A DNA stretch of 64,000 nt from Ostrea edulis. Its lineage: Eukaryota. Position 1 is the first letter of the stretch, and each line of letters begins with the position of its first letter. The stretch covers positions 88,164,001 through 88,228,000 of the forward strand of contig NC_079166.1 in assembly GCF_947568905.1 (NCBI RefSeq). The letters run 5' to 3'. The translations under genes were made by a program, and so were the position numbers. The notes beneath the pieces are model-generated. The model saw only the letters and a list, made by a program, of their open reading frames with translations. It made no database searches and was not told the origin of the DNA. Below are positions 26,663-38,500 of this stretch, piece by piece.

Positions 26663-27319
26663 TCAATCGAACACTTGTACGGTGATCCCCGGGATGCAGT
26701 GTGTTCTCCTGGTTTTCCGGTAACGCTTAGCTAATTTTTTAACACACATTAAATGTTTCTGGAAATGATCTAGTCCGATACCGGTGGTCTGCATGAAGTC
26801 TTTGACGGACAAGCTCTGGGTGCCCCCGTCGTTTCTGGAGTCACGCGTCGTTGCCGTTATGGTCGTTGAAACTGTCGTTGAAGATTTCCCGCGGTTTTTA
26901 CGTCGATTTCCGGTGGATTTGGACCCAATTGTCTGTGCATCCAAATCAGACTTAGATTTAAGTTTCGGATCAAATAATAATTTCCTGAGATCTTGATATT
27001 CCTGTTCCTTCTCTTCGTGTTCAAAGGAAGTCCGGTTGGTGTCGAGGGATAAAATTGTGTAACCTGGCCTCGCTTTGATTGTCTTGTTGTTACCAAAGTC
27101 CTCAATTGACTTGATCAAATTCTCTTTTGGAGAGTTTCCGCGCTGCAGAGCGCGGGCCTGGTCCCGCAATGCCTTTCTTTCCTGAGGGGTCGGGATAATC
27201 TTATCCATCATTCGTTGTTCTCGTGTGGGGGGTAAATGAAACAGCCAGGATGGAATGTACGCCCTTCTGCCTGCTACTCCAGAGGGCGACTGGCGTTCTG
27301 CGGACGGAGAGGAGGCCAT
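26663..27319 (-). CDS. Uncharacterised basic protein, single-exon ORF, 218 aa
   Basis: ATG in good context (ACGATGG); GC-richer than flanks; non-repetitive; TATTTAT about 50 bp upstream; head-to-head with PAAF1. Confidence 0.78.
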   Translation of the reverse strand: MASSPSAERQSPSGVAGRRAYIPSWLFHLPPTREQRMMDKIIPTPQERKALRDQARALQRGNSPKENLIKSIEDFGNNKTIKARPGYTILSLDTNRTSFEHEEKEQEYQDLRKLLFDPKLKSKSDLDAQTIGSKSTGNRRKNRGKSSTTVSTTITATTRDSRNDGGTQSLSVKDFMQTTGIGLDHFQKHLMCVKKLAKRYRKTRRTHCIPGITVQVFD

Positions 27320-27322
27320 CGT

Positions 27323-27377
27323 GTTACAATGGAAACCTCGAAATAAACTCTACTGCCCCGGTAAAGTACCATAAATA
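27323..27377 (-). promoter_or_regulatory. TATA-like box (27371-27377) and X-box-like motif GTTACAATGGAAAC (27323-27336) upstream of the 218-aa ORF
   Basis: Motif matches and position only. Confidence 0.3.
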
Positions 27378-28344
27378 GAAAGGCTGGCGCTGTATTTAAT
27401 TAATCTTACAACTTAAAACGGATTATTTAATTTGCTAGATTAAGAACAGTTTATCCAGCAACTGATACCCTGGCAGGCAGTTGGTATGGTCTGGATTTAG
27501 AAGGTGTACGCTAAGTCTTCAACAGAAAGGTTCACGATTCGTTATTCCAAAGTCCAAAGAACGTCAAATATATAAATAAAGTTAATCGTTGTCACAGATT
27601 CTTAATCTCTTTGTTTTTTCTCCCTGTGCATATTAGAACGGCATATATATTTAGATACTGCGGTTTTATACATTGACTCATGCAAATCCGAATTAAATGA
27701 AAGTTTGACACAAACCTACATCCAATGTATGGGTCACTTAACCTGTAATCATGGCAGTTTAGAATCCATATTCTCTCCGGAAAGATAATATATGCACCAT
27801 GTTTTAATACATTTACCGCATATCTTGGTATCCGGGGACGCCAAACAAACGCCTGCACCTTTCACTTTCACTAAAGCAATTTTCAAACACTGATAGATTT
27901 ATTTGCTCGTGATATGCTTAAACAAACTGAGACCTTCGATTTTTTTTTTTTTTTTTTTACCTTCCCCAAATTCACTTTCCGATATAAGACTTTGTTCATT
28001 GACAGAATTGTAAAACGATGCGGCGTTATTTACTGTCGGGTATTGGTTATTTAATAAACAATTGTTAACAGTCTAATTCCCGTGTGTTTACTCGGGCTGG
28101 GGTATTTAATTCTATCAGTAATACGGAGTCTATTTCACGCGCTGCGGACACGGGGCATTTACATAGCATACGTTCTCAGCCTAGTCTAAACGTTTATGGA
28201 GAATGCTATACCAGAGAACTTTAAAATGGGTGAAAAGTGGAGGATATGTACAACAATATTTTAAAATTGAAAACTTTCAAATTTACTTCATTTAGTAAAA
28301 AAAAAATGCAGTTTTAGTAAAAAGCAATCTGGAAAAAAAAATTA

Positions 28345-28430
28345 AAAACCTCTGCTGGACTCGAGTCCGTGACCCACAGCTAGCGCGGCAATCGACGTGC
28401 TAACCTACTGAGCTACTCAGCTAGGCAATA
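28345..28430 (-). mobile_element. tRNA-derived SINE head, degenerate
   Basis: Minus strand reads TAGCTCAGTAGGTTAGCAC...GGGTCACGGACTCGAGTCC, with A-box-like and B-box-like motifs. Confidence 0.5.
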
Positions 28431-29169
28431 ATCTATGAAATGAAGAGACAAATATTGCTGATATTTATATTTTCATCCATGTTTTTAAAGTGAGTCAGCC
28501 ATTATGACGATGTAGAGTACCTCCTTAATATAGTGTATGTGATTGCATATTCCGAATTTTCCACATACACCGGAACTGACTTTGAGTACACCATTGTACC
28601 AAAATCACGGCAAATCATCCTCATTTTCTCTGAGTTTTCCAGCATGCTGAGGAATCTGTTTGTAAAAAATGGGATCTTGAATAATGTCTGATGAAAACGG
28701 TGAAAATAATGAACAGTGATCAATCTCAAACACTTTATAGCATATAGGCTACGGAAAATAAGTTTATATTAGATAAAATATCAACCAGCATGTTGTTGTT
28801 GATGCGAGTACTGCAGCTGTTGAACACACAAACACACAAAGATTTTTTTTTTTAAAGGAAAAGAGATAAAAAAAAAAAATAAAAAAAATAATAAATCCCA
28901 ACGGGTTTTTGACCACCCTGCTTCTTAACCAAGTATATACACACCCAGTCACAGCTCCTTGACGAAATGCTATGGACATTTGTCTGGTAAAGGCTACTAT
29001 GTTTTCTGTGTAATATGCACTTTTTAGATATAATTGATAGAATTGTAAGATATATGGGCGAATCTCTGTGTTATACGGCGGATTCAGGAATTCGATTTGA
29101 AATTAGTTGGGTTTTCATTAATCTCACATTTTTAAAATGTAAATTAGACAACTTCGAGGCAAGATTACC

Positions 29170-29516
29170 GATCGATTGGGGGGGGGGGGGGGAATGTCTT
29201 TCATGACGTCAATCAACGCGAATGATGGAAATTGTAGCCTATCAATTTCAGTGGCTTTCAGTAACCTTTATTCTCGGAGTAGATATGTATGCACACGCAA
29301 TTAAATAGTACATTTATTATATTCATAAAAGAAGAGAATTTGACTTTATTTGTTCTGTATACTGCCTGGAAATGAATTCGTAACTACAAAGTAATTAATC
29401 ACGTAATTACGACATCCAATCTCGTAATACCGCCCGAAATTAAAAAGTCATAATTTCTTTTTGGACAAATGAAATGCATCGGGTTCGGGATCTGAGTTAT
29501 ATTCACTACAATAAAC
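29170..29516 (+). promoter_or_regulatory. Putative PAAF1 promoter: CRE TGACGTCA (29204-29211), CCAAT (29416-29420), GC box CCGCCC (29430-29435)
   Basis: Motifs cluster within 350 bp upstream of the ATG, and CpGs are locally retained. Confidence 0.45.
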
Positions 29517-29563
29517 ATGATGAACAGAATTATATTGCAGTCGGACTGGGATGAAGTTTTAAA
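29517..29563 (+). CDS. PAAF1: PAAF1 exon 1 (MMNRIILQSDWDEVL-K)
   Basis: ATG at 29517 in AAACATG context; donor AA|GTTAGT; resembles the PAAF1 N-terminus (IQSDW). Confidence 0.85.
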
Positions 29564-32500
29564 GTTAGTATCTCTTTTTCCATGAATATTTTATTAAGCA
29601 AACTCATTTATTCAACCCTTACAAACAATTCTCTGCCACTATCTAACTGGAAGTTCTTTCTGATGCATGTTTCGCAGTAGTGAGCACTGAGTACACCTTC
29701 ACAAGCCAAGACTCCCAGTCTCATCCACTGATCCAGTAATACCACACTAAGACTCATCCACTGATCCAGTAATACCACACTAAGACTCTCATCCACTGAT
29801 CCAGTAATACCACACTAAAACTCTCATCCACGGATCCAGTAATACCACACTAAGACTCTCATCCACTGATCCAGTAATACCACACTAAGACTCTCGTCCA
29901 CTGATCCAGTAATACCACACTAAGACTCTCGTCCACTGATCCAGTAATACCACACTAAGACTCTCATCCACTGATCCAGTAATACCACACTAAGACTCAT
30001 CCACTGATCCAGTAATACCACACTAAGACTCTCATCCACTGATCCAGTAATACCACACTAAGACTCTCATCCACTGATCCAGTAATACCACACTAAGACT
30101 CATCCACTGATCCAGTAATACCACACTAAGACTCTCATACACTGATCCAGTAATACCACACTAAGACTCTCATCCACTGATCCAGTAATACCACACTAAG
30201 ACTCTCATCCACTGATCCAGTAATACCACACTAAGACTCTCGTCCACTGATCCAGTAATACCACACTAAGACTCTCATCCACTGATCCAGTAATACCACA
30301 CTAAGACTCTCATCCACGGATCCAGTAATACCACACTAAGACTCATCCACTGATCCAGTAATACCACACTAAGACTCATCCACTGATCCAGTAATACCAC
30401 ACTAAGACTCATCCACGGATCCAGTAATACCACACTAAGACTCATCCACTGATCCAGTAATACCACACTAAGACTCTCATCCACGGATCCAGTAATCATA
30501 ACCACACTAAGGTTGGAAACACTTCCCCTACAGCGAGATATTCTCTGGAAAATGCGATTATCCCTTTTAAGCAAGAGTAAATATATCCCGTACAACCGAG
30601 AAAAACACCCGTGGCCTTGGAGCATATCTCCTCATGTTTCACATGTAAAGAAGAAAAGGTGCTAAAATGTGTGATACTTCTAAAAATGCAAGTGGAAAAA
30701 GGAAACCCCAACCAACCAACCCCAAAAAAACCCAAAAAACGAACACTCAAGATGTTGGATTTCAGCCTCCTTCCCTCTTATGCAGCAACGTTGATAAGAA
30801 TTTTCTTGACTGTGTTGTCAATTTTATAGAGACAATTCGTGTCATGTTGAGTGTGTCTCGCTTATTCAGCGTTGCTGGGAATTTGCCATTATTTTTAATC
30901 AAAACACCTGTTTATGGTAATCACCTTTTAGCAAGATTTCGCTACAGGGGAAGTGTTCTTAACCTGTAGAATGCCTCATCCTCAATTTTCATGAAGCTGA
31001 AGTGCAATTTTCCTCTCTTTTTTTTTAAATTTTAGTCGACACTTATTTTCAAAATTGAGGCCAACTTTAACATGTTTAACAAACAAAATAAAGTGCTTAA
31101 ACAAGACGTGTGCTGTGTTAAATATGATTTCTTTCGATTTTAGAAACCATACCAAAAGTTTATCAGTATGATAAACTATAAAAACTATAAAAAAGTAATA
31201 AGATTTGACAGTTTCGACAAATTATATAGTGGTATTAAAGGAGTACTGGTCTACTCAATGTAAGGAGAATATGATGATTTGGGAAGTTTCTAGTATACCG
31301 GTCCACAATAGCTCGTGACTTAGAAATACCATGGGAGATGAGGATTTCATTTACAGTATGCAGAGTTCTTGAAAAGTGTCGGTAATATCGGATTATCCGA
31401 TAAAAGTAGTAAATGTCCGACACAAGTTACTTAATTGTCGGTCCTGATGGCCGATATAAGATCAGGATCGAAGTCCGTTTTTTTACCGGGAAAAAATGGC
31501 AGCGGTGTGGCCCATAGATTTTCAAACTGATGCAAAATCCAGCAACACAGTGAAACGTAAACGCGAGGAATCAGTTGTGAGGAACTACGAGGAGAAGAGA
31601 AACCCATTGTTTCAATCCGCCTGGCAATCTGGGAGACAACGGCTTTTGTTTGCAGCGGTTTTACCTATTGCTTGGTGACACAATTTGCTCAAAGTCGAAA
31701 CTGAAGAAAGACCAAATTTTATACACCTGGGCAAAAGTGAGAGAAAGAGTTGTTACAACAATTGCAGAGGAAGATGAGAAAAAAGTTGAGAGGAATATAC
31801 AGGATAGAGAGAGAAATGGAAGATGAGAGAGAAGTGGAGGGTGAGAGAGAAATAGAACAAGAAAGTGACTCAGATAGTGAAAGTGAGGAAGATTCATTCA
31901 GAGTGTAGGGAAGATGAGAAAGGGTATGAAAAGATAATTTATTAACTTATAGCTGAGATGGAGATTGAATACAGTTACATATGTAGTTGATTTTAAATAA
32001 AATTTATGAAAACCTCTAAAGCGATGCATTTTTTTTCTGGACTGACAAAATTTTGTTTGGGCTGACACTATTTCTAACAGTGTCAGACCAAATGTCTGAC
32101 ACTTCAAAAGAGATTTCAAGAACTCTGAGTATGTAGTCGTACTGAATGGGGATTTAACCCCCTCCATAGCTTAAAGTGGCTCCCTCTGTCCTGGTTCAGA
32201 CTGTCTTTTATCGCTGAATGTGTCCCGCCAACAGCCTGCAGGTCGTCCACGCTTTCACTTCACTTTGTATTTGTTTATTTTCGAAATTCCACTTGCAACG
32301 TCATGTGATCATGAATATTTTGAAATGGAGCTCACTAAATACATGATTAAATAAGAAATTAGCTTTATTATTTTTTTATTCCGTTTGAGTTAAATTTCAT
32401 TTAAAATGTATAACTATAATTCTCATATATAGCCAGGTATTTATCTAGGTTGTATTTACTACCGGTAAAAGGTACCTTTCCCCTAAAGGCCTTTGGCAAT

Positions 32501-35500
32501 AAATGGATATTTCCCCTTCCACAGATAAAAAATCCCCTTCATTTGTAGAAACTTAACAAAAGTGTATGAGAATTTTCAACAAAATCATTTTTATATATTT
32601 TAAGTAATTTTCTATAATTGTCAGGCTTACAATATAGATAAAATGAGTAATCAGTCAATTTATATTCCATTGTCGTCCCCCACCCCCATCCTCTGGAAGC
32701 TCACAACTGCATTCATTCTCAAAAAGTCCCCTTAAAATTAAATATAAAATGGGTAGTAACATCTAAATGCTGGATAAATCCCTGATAGTTTGATATAGAA
32801 CACTTTTTTTTAATCTCATCATAATATTGAAAGATTGCAGCATATTTAGATTTAAATGTGTTTGCTAAATTGATTAGGACCTTGTTCAATATCCAATTTA
32901 CTAGTCTAAAAATTCCCAATTTTGAGACAATGTAAAAATATGTCATGCATTTGTCAAATCAAAATACAGAAAAATACAGAGAGTTGTAGACTACACTTCA
33001 TATACTGTGACAAGGAGGATGGGGGTGGTGGTACTGGGGTGGTGGTACTGAGTGATTGTAACCGAGTCAAAGTCTATGTTGATCTTTACTATGAAAAAGA
33101 ATTTTAATTGATGCAAAACCCAGGATTATATTGTATGTTCATTAGAAAAACATTTCCAGTATGAACAAAAACAATTCTGATAATTTGATAATGAATTCAT
33201 TTCAGAGAATATGAAGAAAAGGTCTGGGTCTCATACAAATCTGGAGGTAAAAAGTTACATTATTTTGCTCAGGTTTAAGAAATGTTTACATCTGTACAAA
33301 CACATACAGTGTTCCCTCAATATATTGCCCCCGTTATAATGCCGCCCCACTTATTGCCTGAAAATCCTAAAGAACAGATTTCCTCCCACGTTAACACCCC
33401 CGTTATAATGCCAACCCAGCATAATGCCATATGTCACTGATTTTCACAAACGAATGGTCAAATTTTATAGGGTTTACCCTTGATAATAATGCGAATTACC
33501 TAACACCCATCTGTAATGACACCTGTACTTTGATAGGGTGCGTTGAAGTGTGACAGTTCAGACAAGGTATTCTGGTGGCCAGGTTAGTTACCGATAATTG
33601 TAGAATTAAACTCAAGCTAATTTAAATGTTTATACAGAATGGAGTCCAAATAACTTTATGATATTGAATTTCTTTTGATTGCTCAGTGAATTGTCCGTAA
33701 TTATGAATTCGTTATATTGCCACTCCTTCTTTATTGCCCGAATTCTTCTTGAACAAATGTTGGCAACATATCGAGGGAGCACTGTATTTAAACATCGTAA
33801 AATGTATAATAGTAATAATGTTGATTCTTTTGTACATGAAAAAAAAAAGAAAATCAGACCTGTAGAGATATCCTCATATCTCATGTCATAGTCAATCTCT
33901 ACATTATTAGGGATATCTAATGTTATAGTCTGTCTCTATTACACAGCTCTGTAGAGATATCTAATGTTATAGTCTGTCTCTATTACACAGCCCTGTAGAG
34001 ATATCTAATGTTATAGTGTGTCTCTATTACACAGCCCTGTAGAGATATCTAATGTTATAGTCTGTCTCTATTACACAGCTCTGTAGATATATCTAATGTT
34101 ATAGTGTGTCTCTATTACACAGCCCTGTAGAGATATCTAATGTTATAGTCTGTCTCTATTACACAGTCCTGTAGTGATATCTAATATTATAGTCTGTCTC
34201 TATTACACAGATCTGTAGAGATATCTAATGTTATAGTCTGTCTCTATTACACAGTCCTGTAGTGATATCTAATGTTATAGTCTGTCTCTATTACACAGTC
34301 CTGTAGAGATATCTAATGTTATAGTCTGTCTCTATTACACTGTAGTGATATCTAATGTTATAGTCTGTCTGTATTACACAGCCCTGTAGAGATATCTAAT
34401 GTTATAGTCTGTCTCTATTACACAGTCCTGTAGAGATATCTAATGTTATAGTCTGTCTCTATTACACAGCCCTGTAGAGATATCTAATGTTATAGTGTGT
34501 CTCTATTACACAGTCCTGTAGAGATATCTAATGTTATAGTCTGTCTCTATTACACAGTCCTGTAGAGATATCTAATGTTATAGTCTGTCTCTATTACACA
34601 GTCCTGTAGAGATATCTAATGTTATAGTCTGTCTCTATAACACAGCCCTGTAGTGATATCTAATGTTATAGTCTGTCTCTATAACACAGCCCTGTAGATA
34701 TATCTAATGTTATAGTCTGTCTCTATTACACAGCCCTGTAGAGATATCTAATGTTATAGTCTGTCTCTATTACACAGTCCTGTAGAGATATCTAATGTTA
34801 TAGTCTGTCTCTATTACACAGTCCTGTAGAGATATCTAATGTTATAGTCTGTCTCTATAACACAGCCCTGTAGTGATATCTAATGTTATAGTCTGTCTCT
34901 ATAACACAGCCCTGTAGATATATCTAATGTTATAGTCTGTCTCTACATTATTAGGGATATCTAATGTTATAGTCTGTCTCTATTACACAGTCCTGTAGTG
35001 ATATCTAATGTTATAGTCTGTTTCTTTAACACAGTCCTGTAGTGATATCTAATGTTATAGTCTGTCTCTATTACACAGTCCTGTAGAGATATCTAATGTT
35101 ATAATCTGTCTCTATTACACAGCTCTGTAGAGATATCTAATGTTATAGTCTGTCTCTATTACACAGCCCTGTAGAGATATCTAATGTTATAGTCTGTCTG
35201 TATTACACAACTCTGTAGAGATATATCTAATGTTATAGTATGTCTCTATTACACAGCTCTGTAGAGATATCTAATGTTATAGTCTGTCTCTATTACACAG
35301 ATCTGTAGAGATATCTAATGTTATAGTCTGTCTCTATTACACAGTCCTGTAGTGATATCTAATGTTATAGTCTGTCTCTATTACACAGTCCTGTAGTGAT
35401 ATCTAATGTTATAGTCTGTCTGTATTACACAGCTCTGTAGAGATATCTAATGTTATAGTCTGTCTCTATTACACAGCCCTGTAGAGATATCTAATGTTAT

Positions 35501-38500
35501 AGTCTGTCTCTATTACACAGCCCTGTAGAGATATCTAATGTTATAGTCTGTCTCTATTACACAGCCCTGTAGAGATATCTAATGTTATAGTCTGTCTCTA
35601 TTACACAGTCCTGTAGTGATATCTAATGTTATAGTCTGTCTGTATTACACAGCCCTGTAGAGATATCTAATGTTATAGTCTGTCTCTATTACACAGTCCT
35701 GTAGAGATATCTAATGTTATAGTATGTTTCTATTACACAGCCCTGTAGATATATCTAATGTTATAGTCTGTCTCTATTACACAGCCCTGTAATGATATCT
35801 AATGTTATAGTATGTTTCTATTACACAGCCCTGTAGTGATATCTAATGTTATAGTCTGTCTCTATTACACAGCCCTGTAGTGATATCTAATGTTATAGTC
35901 TGTCTCTATTACACAGCCCTGTAGTGATATCTAATGTTATAGTCTGTCTCTTTTACACAGCCCTGTAGAGATATCTAATGTTATAGTATGTTTCTATTAC
36001 ACAGCCCTGTAGAGATATCTAATGTTATAGTCTGTCTCTATTACACAGCCCTGTAGAGATATCTAATGTTATAGTATGTCTCTATTACACAGCTCTGTAG
36101 AGATATCTAATGTTATAGTCTGTCTCTATTACACAGCTCTGTACTGATATCTAATGATATAGTCTGTTTCTATCACAGCCCAACCAGCCATTCACGGAAG
36201 TCTACATAACCAAGGCTTGTCTAGTGACGGTGTTCCGTACGTGACAGGAAGTGACGGATTCACCGTACAGGAGATCACAAAGGTGAATGTTCTCGGTCTC
36301 TGTGATGCTTACATTTCCTAGGTCTCTCTGATGTTTACATTTTATAGTTTCCTTCTCTCTGCTGTACTAGATGCTTTACATTTTCTGGGTCTCTGTAATG
36401 TTTACATATTCTAGGTGTTTGTGATGTTTACATATTCTAGGTCTCTGTAATGTTTACATTTTCTGGGTCTCTGTGATGTTTACATTTTCTAGGTCTCTGT
36501 GATGTTTACATATTCTAGGTCTCTGTGATGTTTACATATTCTGGGTCTCTGTGATGTTTACATATTCTAGGTCTATGTAATGTTTACATATTCTAGGTGT
36601 CTGTGATGTTTACATTTTCTAGGTGTCTGTGATGTTTACATATTCTAGGTCTATGTAATGTTTACATATTCTAGGTGTCTGTGATGTTTACATTTTCTAG
36701 GTGTCTGTGATGTTTACATATTCTAGGTGTCTGTGATGTTTACATATTCTAGGTCTCTGTAATGTTTACATATTCTAGGTGTCTGTGATGTTTACATTTT
36801 CTAGGTGTCTGTGATGTTTACATATTCTAGGTGTCTGTGATGTTTACATATTCTAGGTCTCTGTAATGTTTACATATTCTAGGTGTTTGTGATGTTTACA
36901 TTTTCTAGGTCTCTGTGATGTTTACATATTCTAGGTCTCTGTGATGTTTACATATTTTAGGTCTATGTGATGTTTACATATTCTAGGTGTTTGTGATGTT
37001 TACATTTTCTGGGTCTCTGTGATGTTTACATTTTCTAGGTCTCTGTGATGTTTACATATTCTAGGTGTTTGTGATGTTTACATTTTCTGGGTCTCTGTGA
37101 TGTTTACATTTTCTAGGTCTCTGTGATGTTTACATTTTCTAGGTCTCTGTGATGTTTACATATTCTGGGTCTCTGTGATGTTTACATATTCTAGGTCTAT
37201 GTAATGTTTACATATTCTAGGTGTCTGTGATGTTTACATTTTCTAGGTGTCTGTGATGTTTACATATTCTAGGTCTATGTAATGTTTACATATTCTAGGT
37301 GTCTGTGATGTTTACATTTTCTAGGTGTCTGTGATGTTTACATATTCTAGGTGTCTGTGATGTTTACATATTCTAGGTCTATGTGATGTTTACATATTCT
37401 AGGTCTATGTAATGTTTACATATTCTAGGTGTCTGTGATGTTTACATTTTCTAGGTGTCTGTGATGTTTACATATTCTAGGTGTCTGTGATGTTTACATA
37501 TTCTGGGTCTCTGTGATGTTTACATATTCTAGGTCTATGTAATGTTTACATATTCTAGGTGTTTGTGATGTTTACATTTTCTAGGTCTCTGTGATGTTTA
37601 CATTTTCTAGGTGTCTGTGATGTTTACATATTCTAGGTGTCTGTAATGTTTACATTTTCTAGGTCTATGTGATGTTTACATATTCTAGGTGTCTGTGATG
37701 TTTACATATTCTAGGTGTCTGTGATGTTTACATATTCTAGGTGTCTGTGATGTTTACATATTCTAGGTGTCTGTGATGTTTACATTTTCTAGGTCTCTGT
37801 GATGTTTACATATTCTGGGTCTCTGTGATGTTTACATATTGTAGGTCTATGTAATGTTTACATATTCTAGGTGTCTGTGATGTTTACATTTTCTAGGTCT
37901 CTGTGATGTTTACATATTTTAGGTGTCTGTGATGTTTACATATTCTGGGTCTATGTAATGTTTACATATTCTAGGTGTCTGTGATGTTTACATTTTCTAG
38001 GTCTATGTGATGTTTACATATTCTAGGTGTTTGTGATGTTTACATTTTCTAGGTCTCTGTAATGTTTACATTTTCTAGGTCTATGTAATGTTTACATATT
38101 CTTGGTCTATGTAATGTTTACATTTTCTAGGTGTCTGTGATGTTTACATATTCTAGGTCTCTGTGATGTTTACATTTTCTAGGTCTCTGTGATGTTTACA
38201 TATTCTAGGTCTCTGTAATGTTTACATATTCTAGGTCTATGTGATGTTTACATATTCTAGGTCTATGTAATGTTTACATATTCTAGGTGTCTGTGATGTT
38301 TACATTTTCTAGGTCTATGTGATGTTTACATATTCTAGGTGTTTGTGATGTTTACATTTTCTAGGTGTTTGTGATGTTTACTTATTCTAGGTCTCTGTAA
38401 TGTTTACATATTCTAGGTCTCTGTGATGTTTACATATTCTAGGTCTATGTAATGTTTACATATTCTAGGTCTCTCTGATGTTTACATATTCTAGGTCTAT

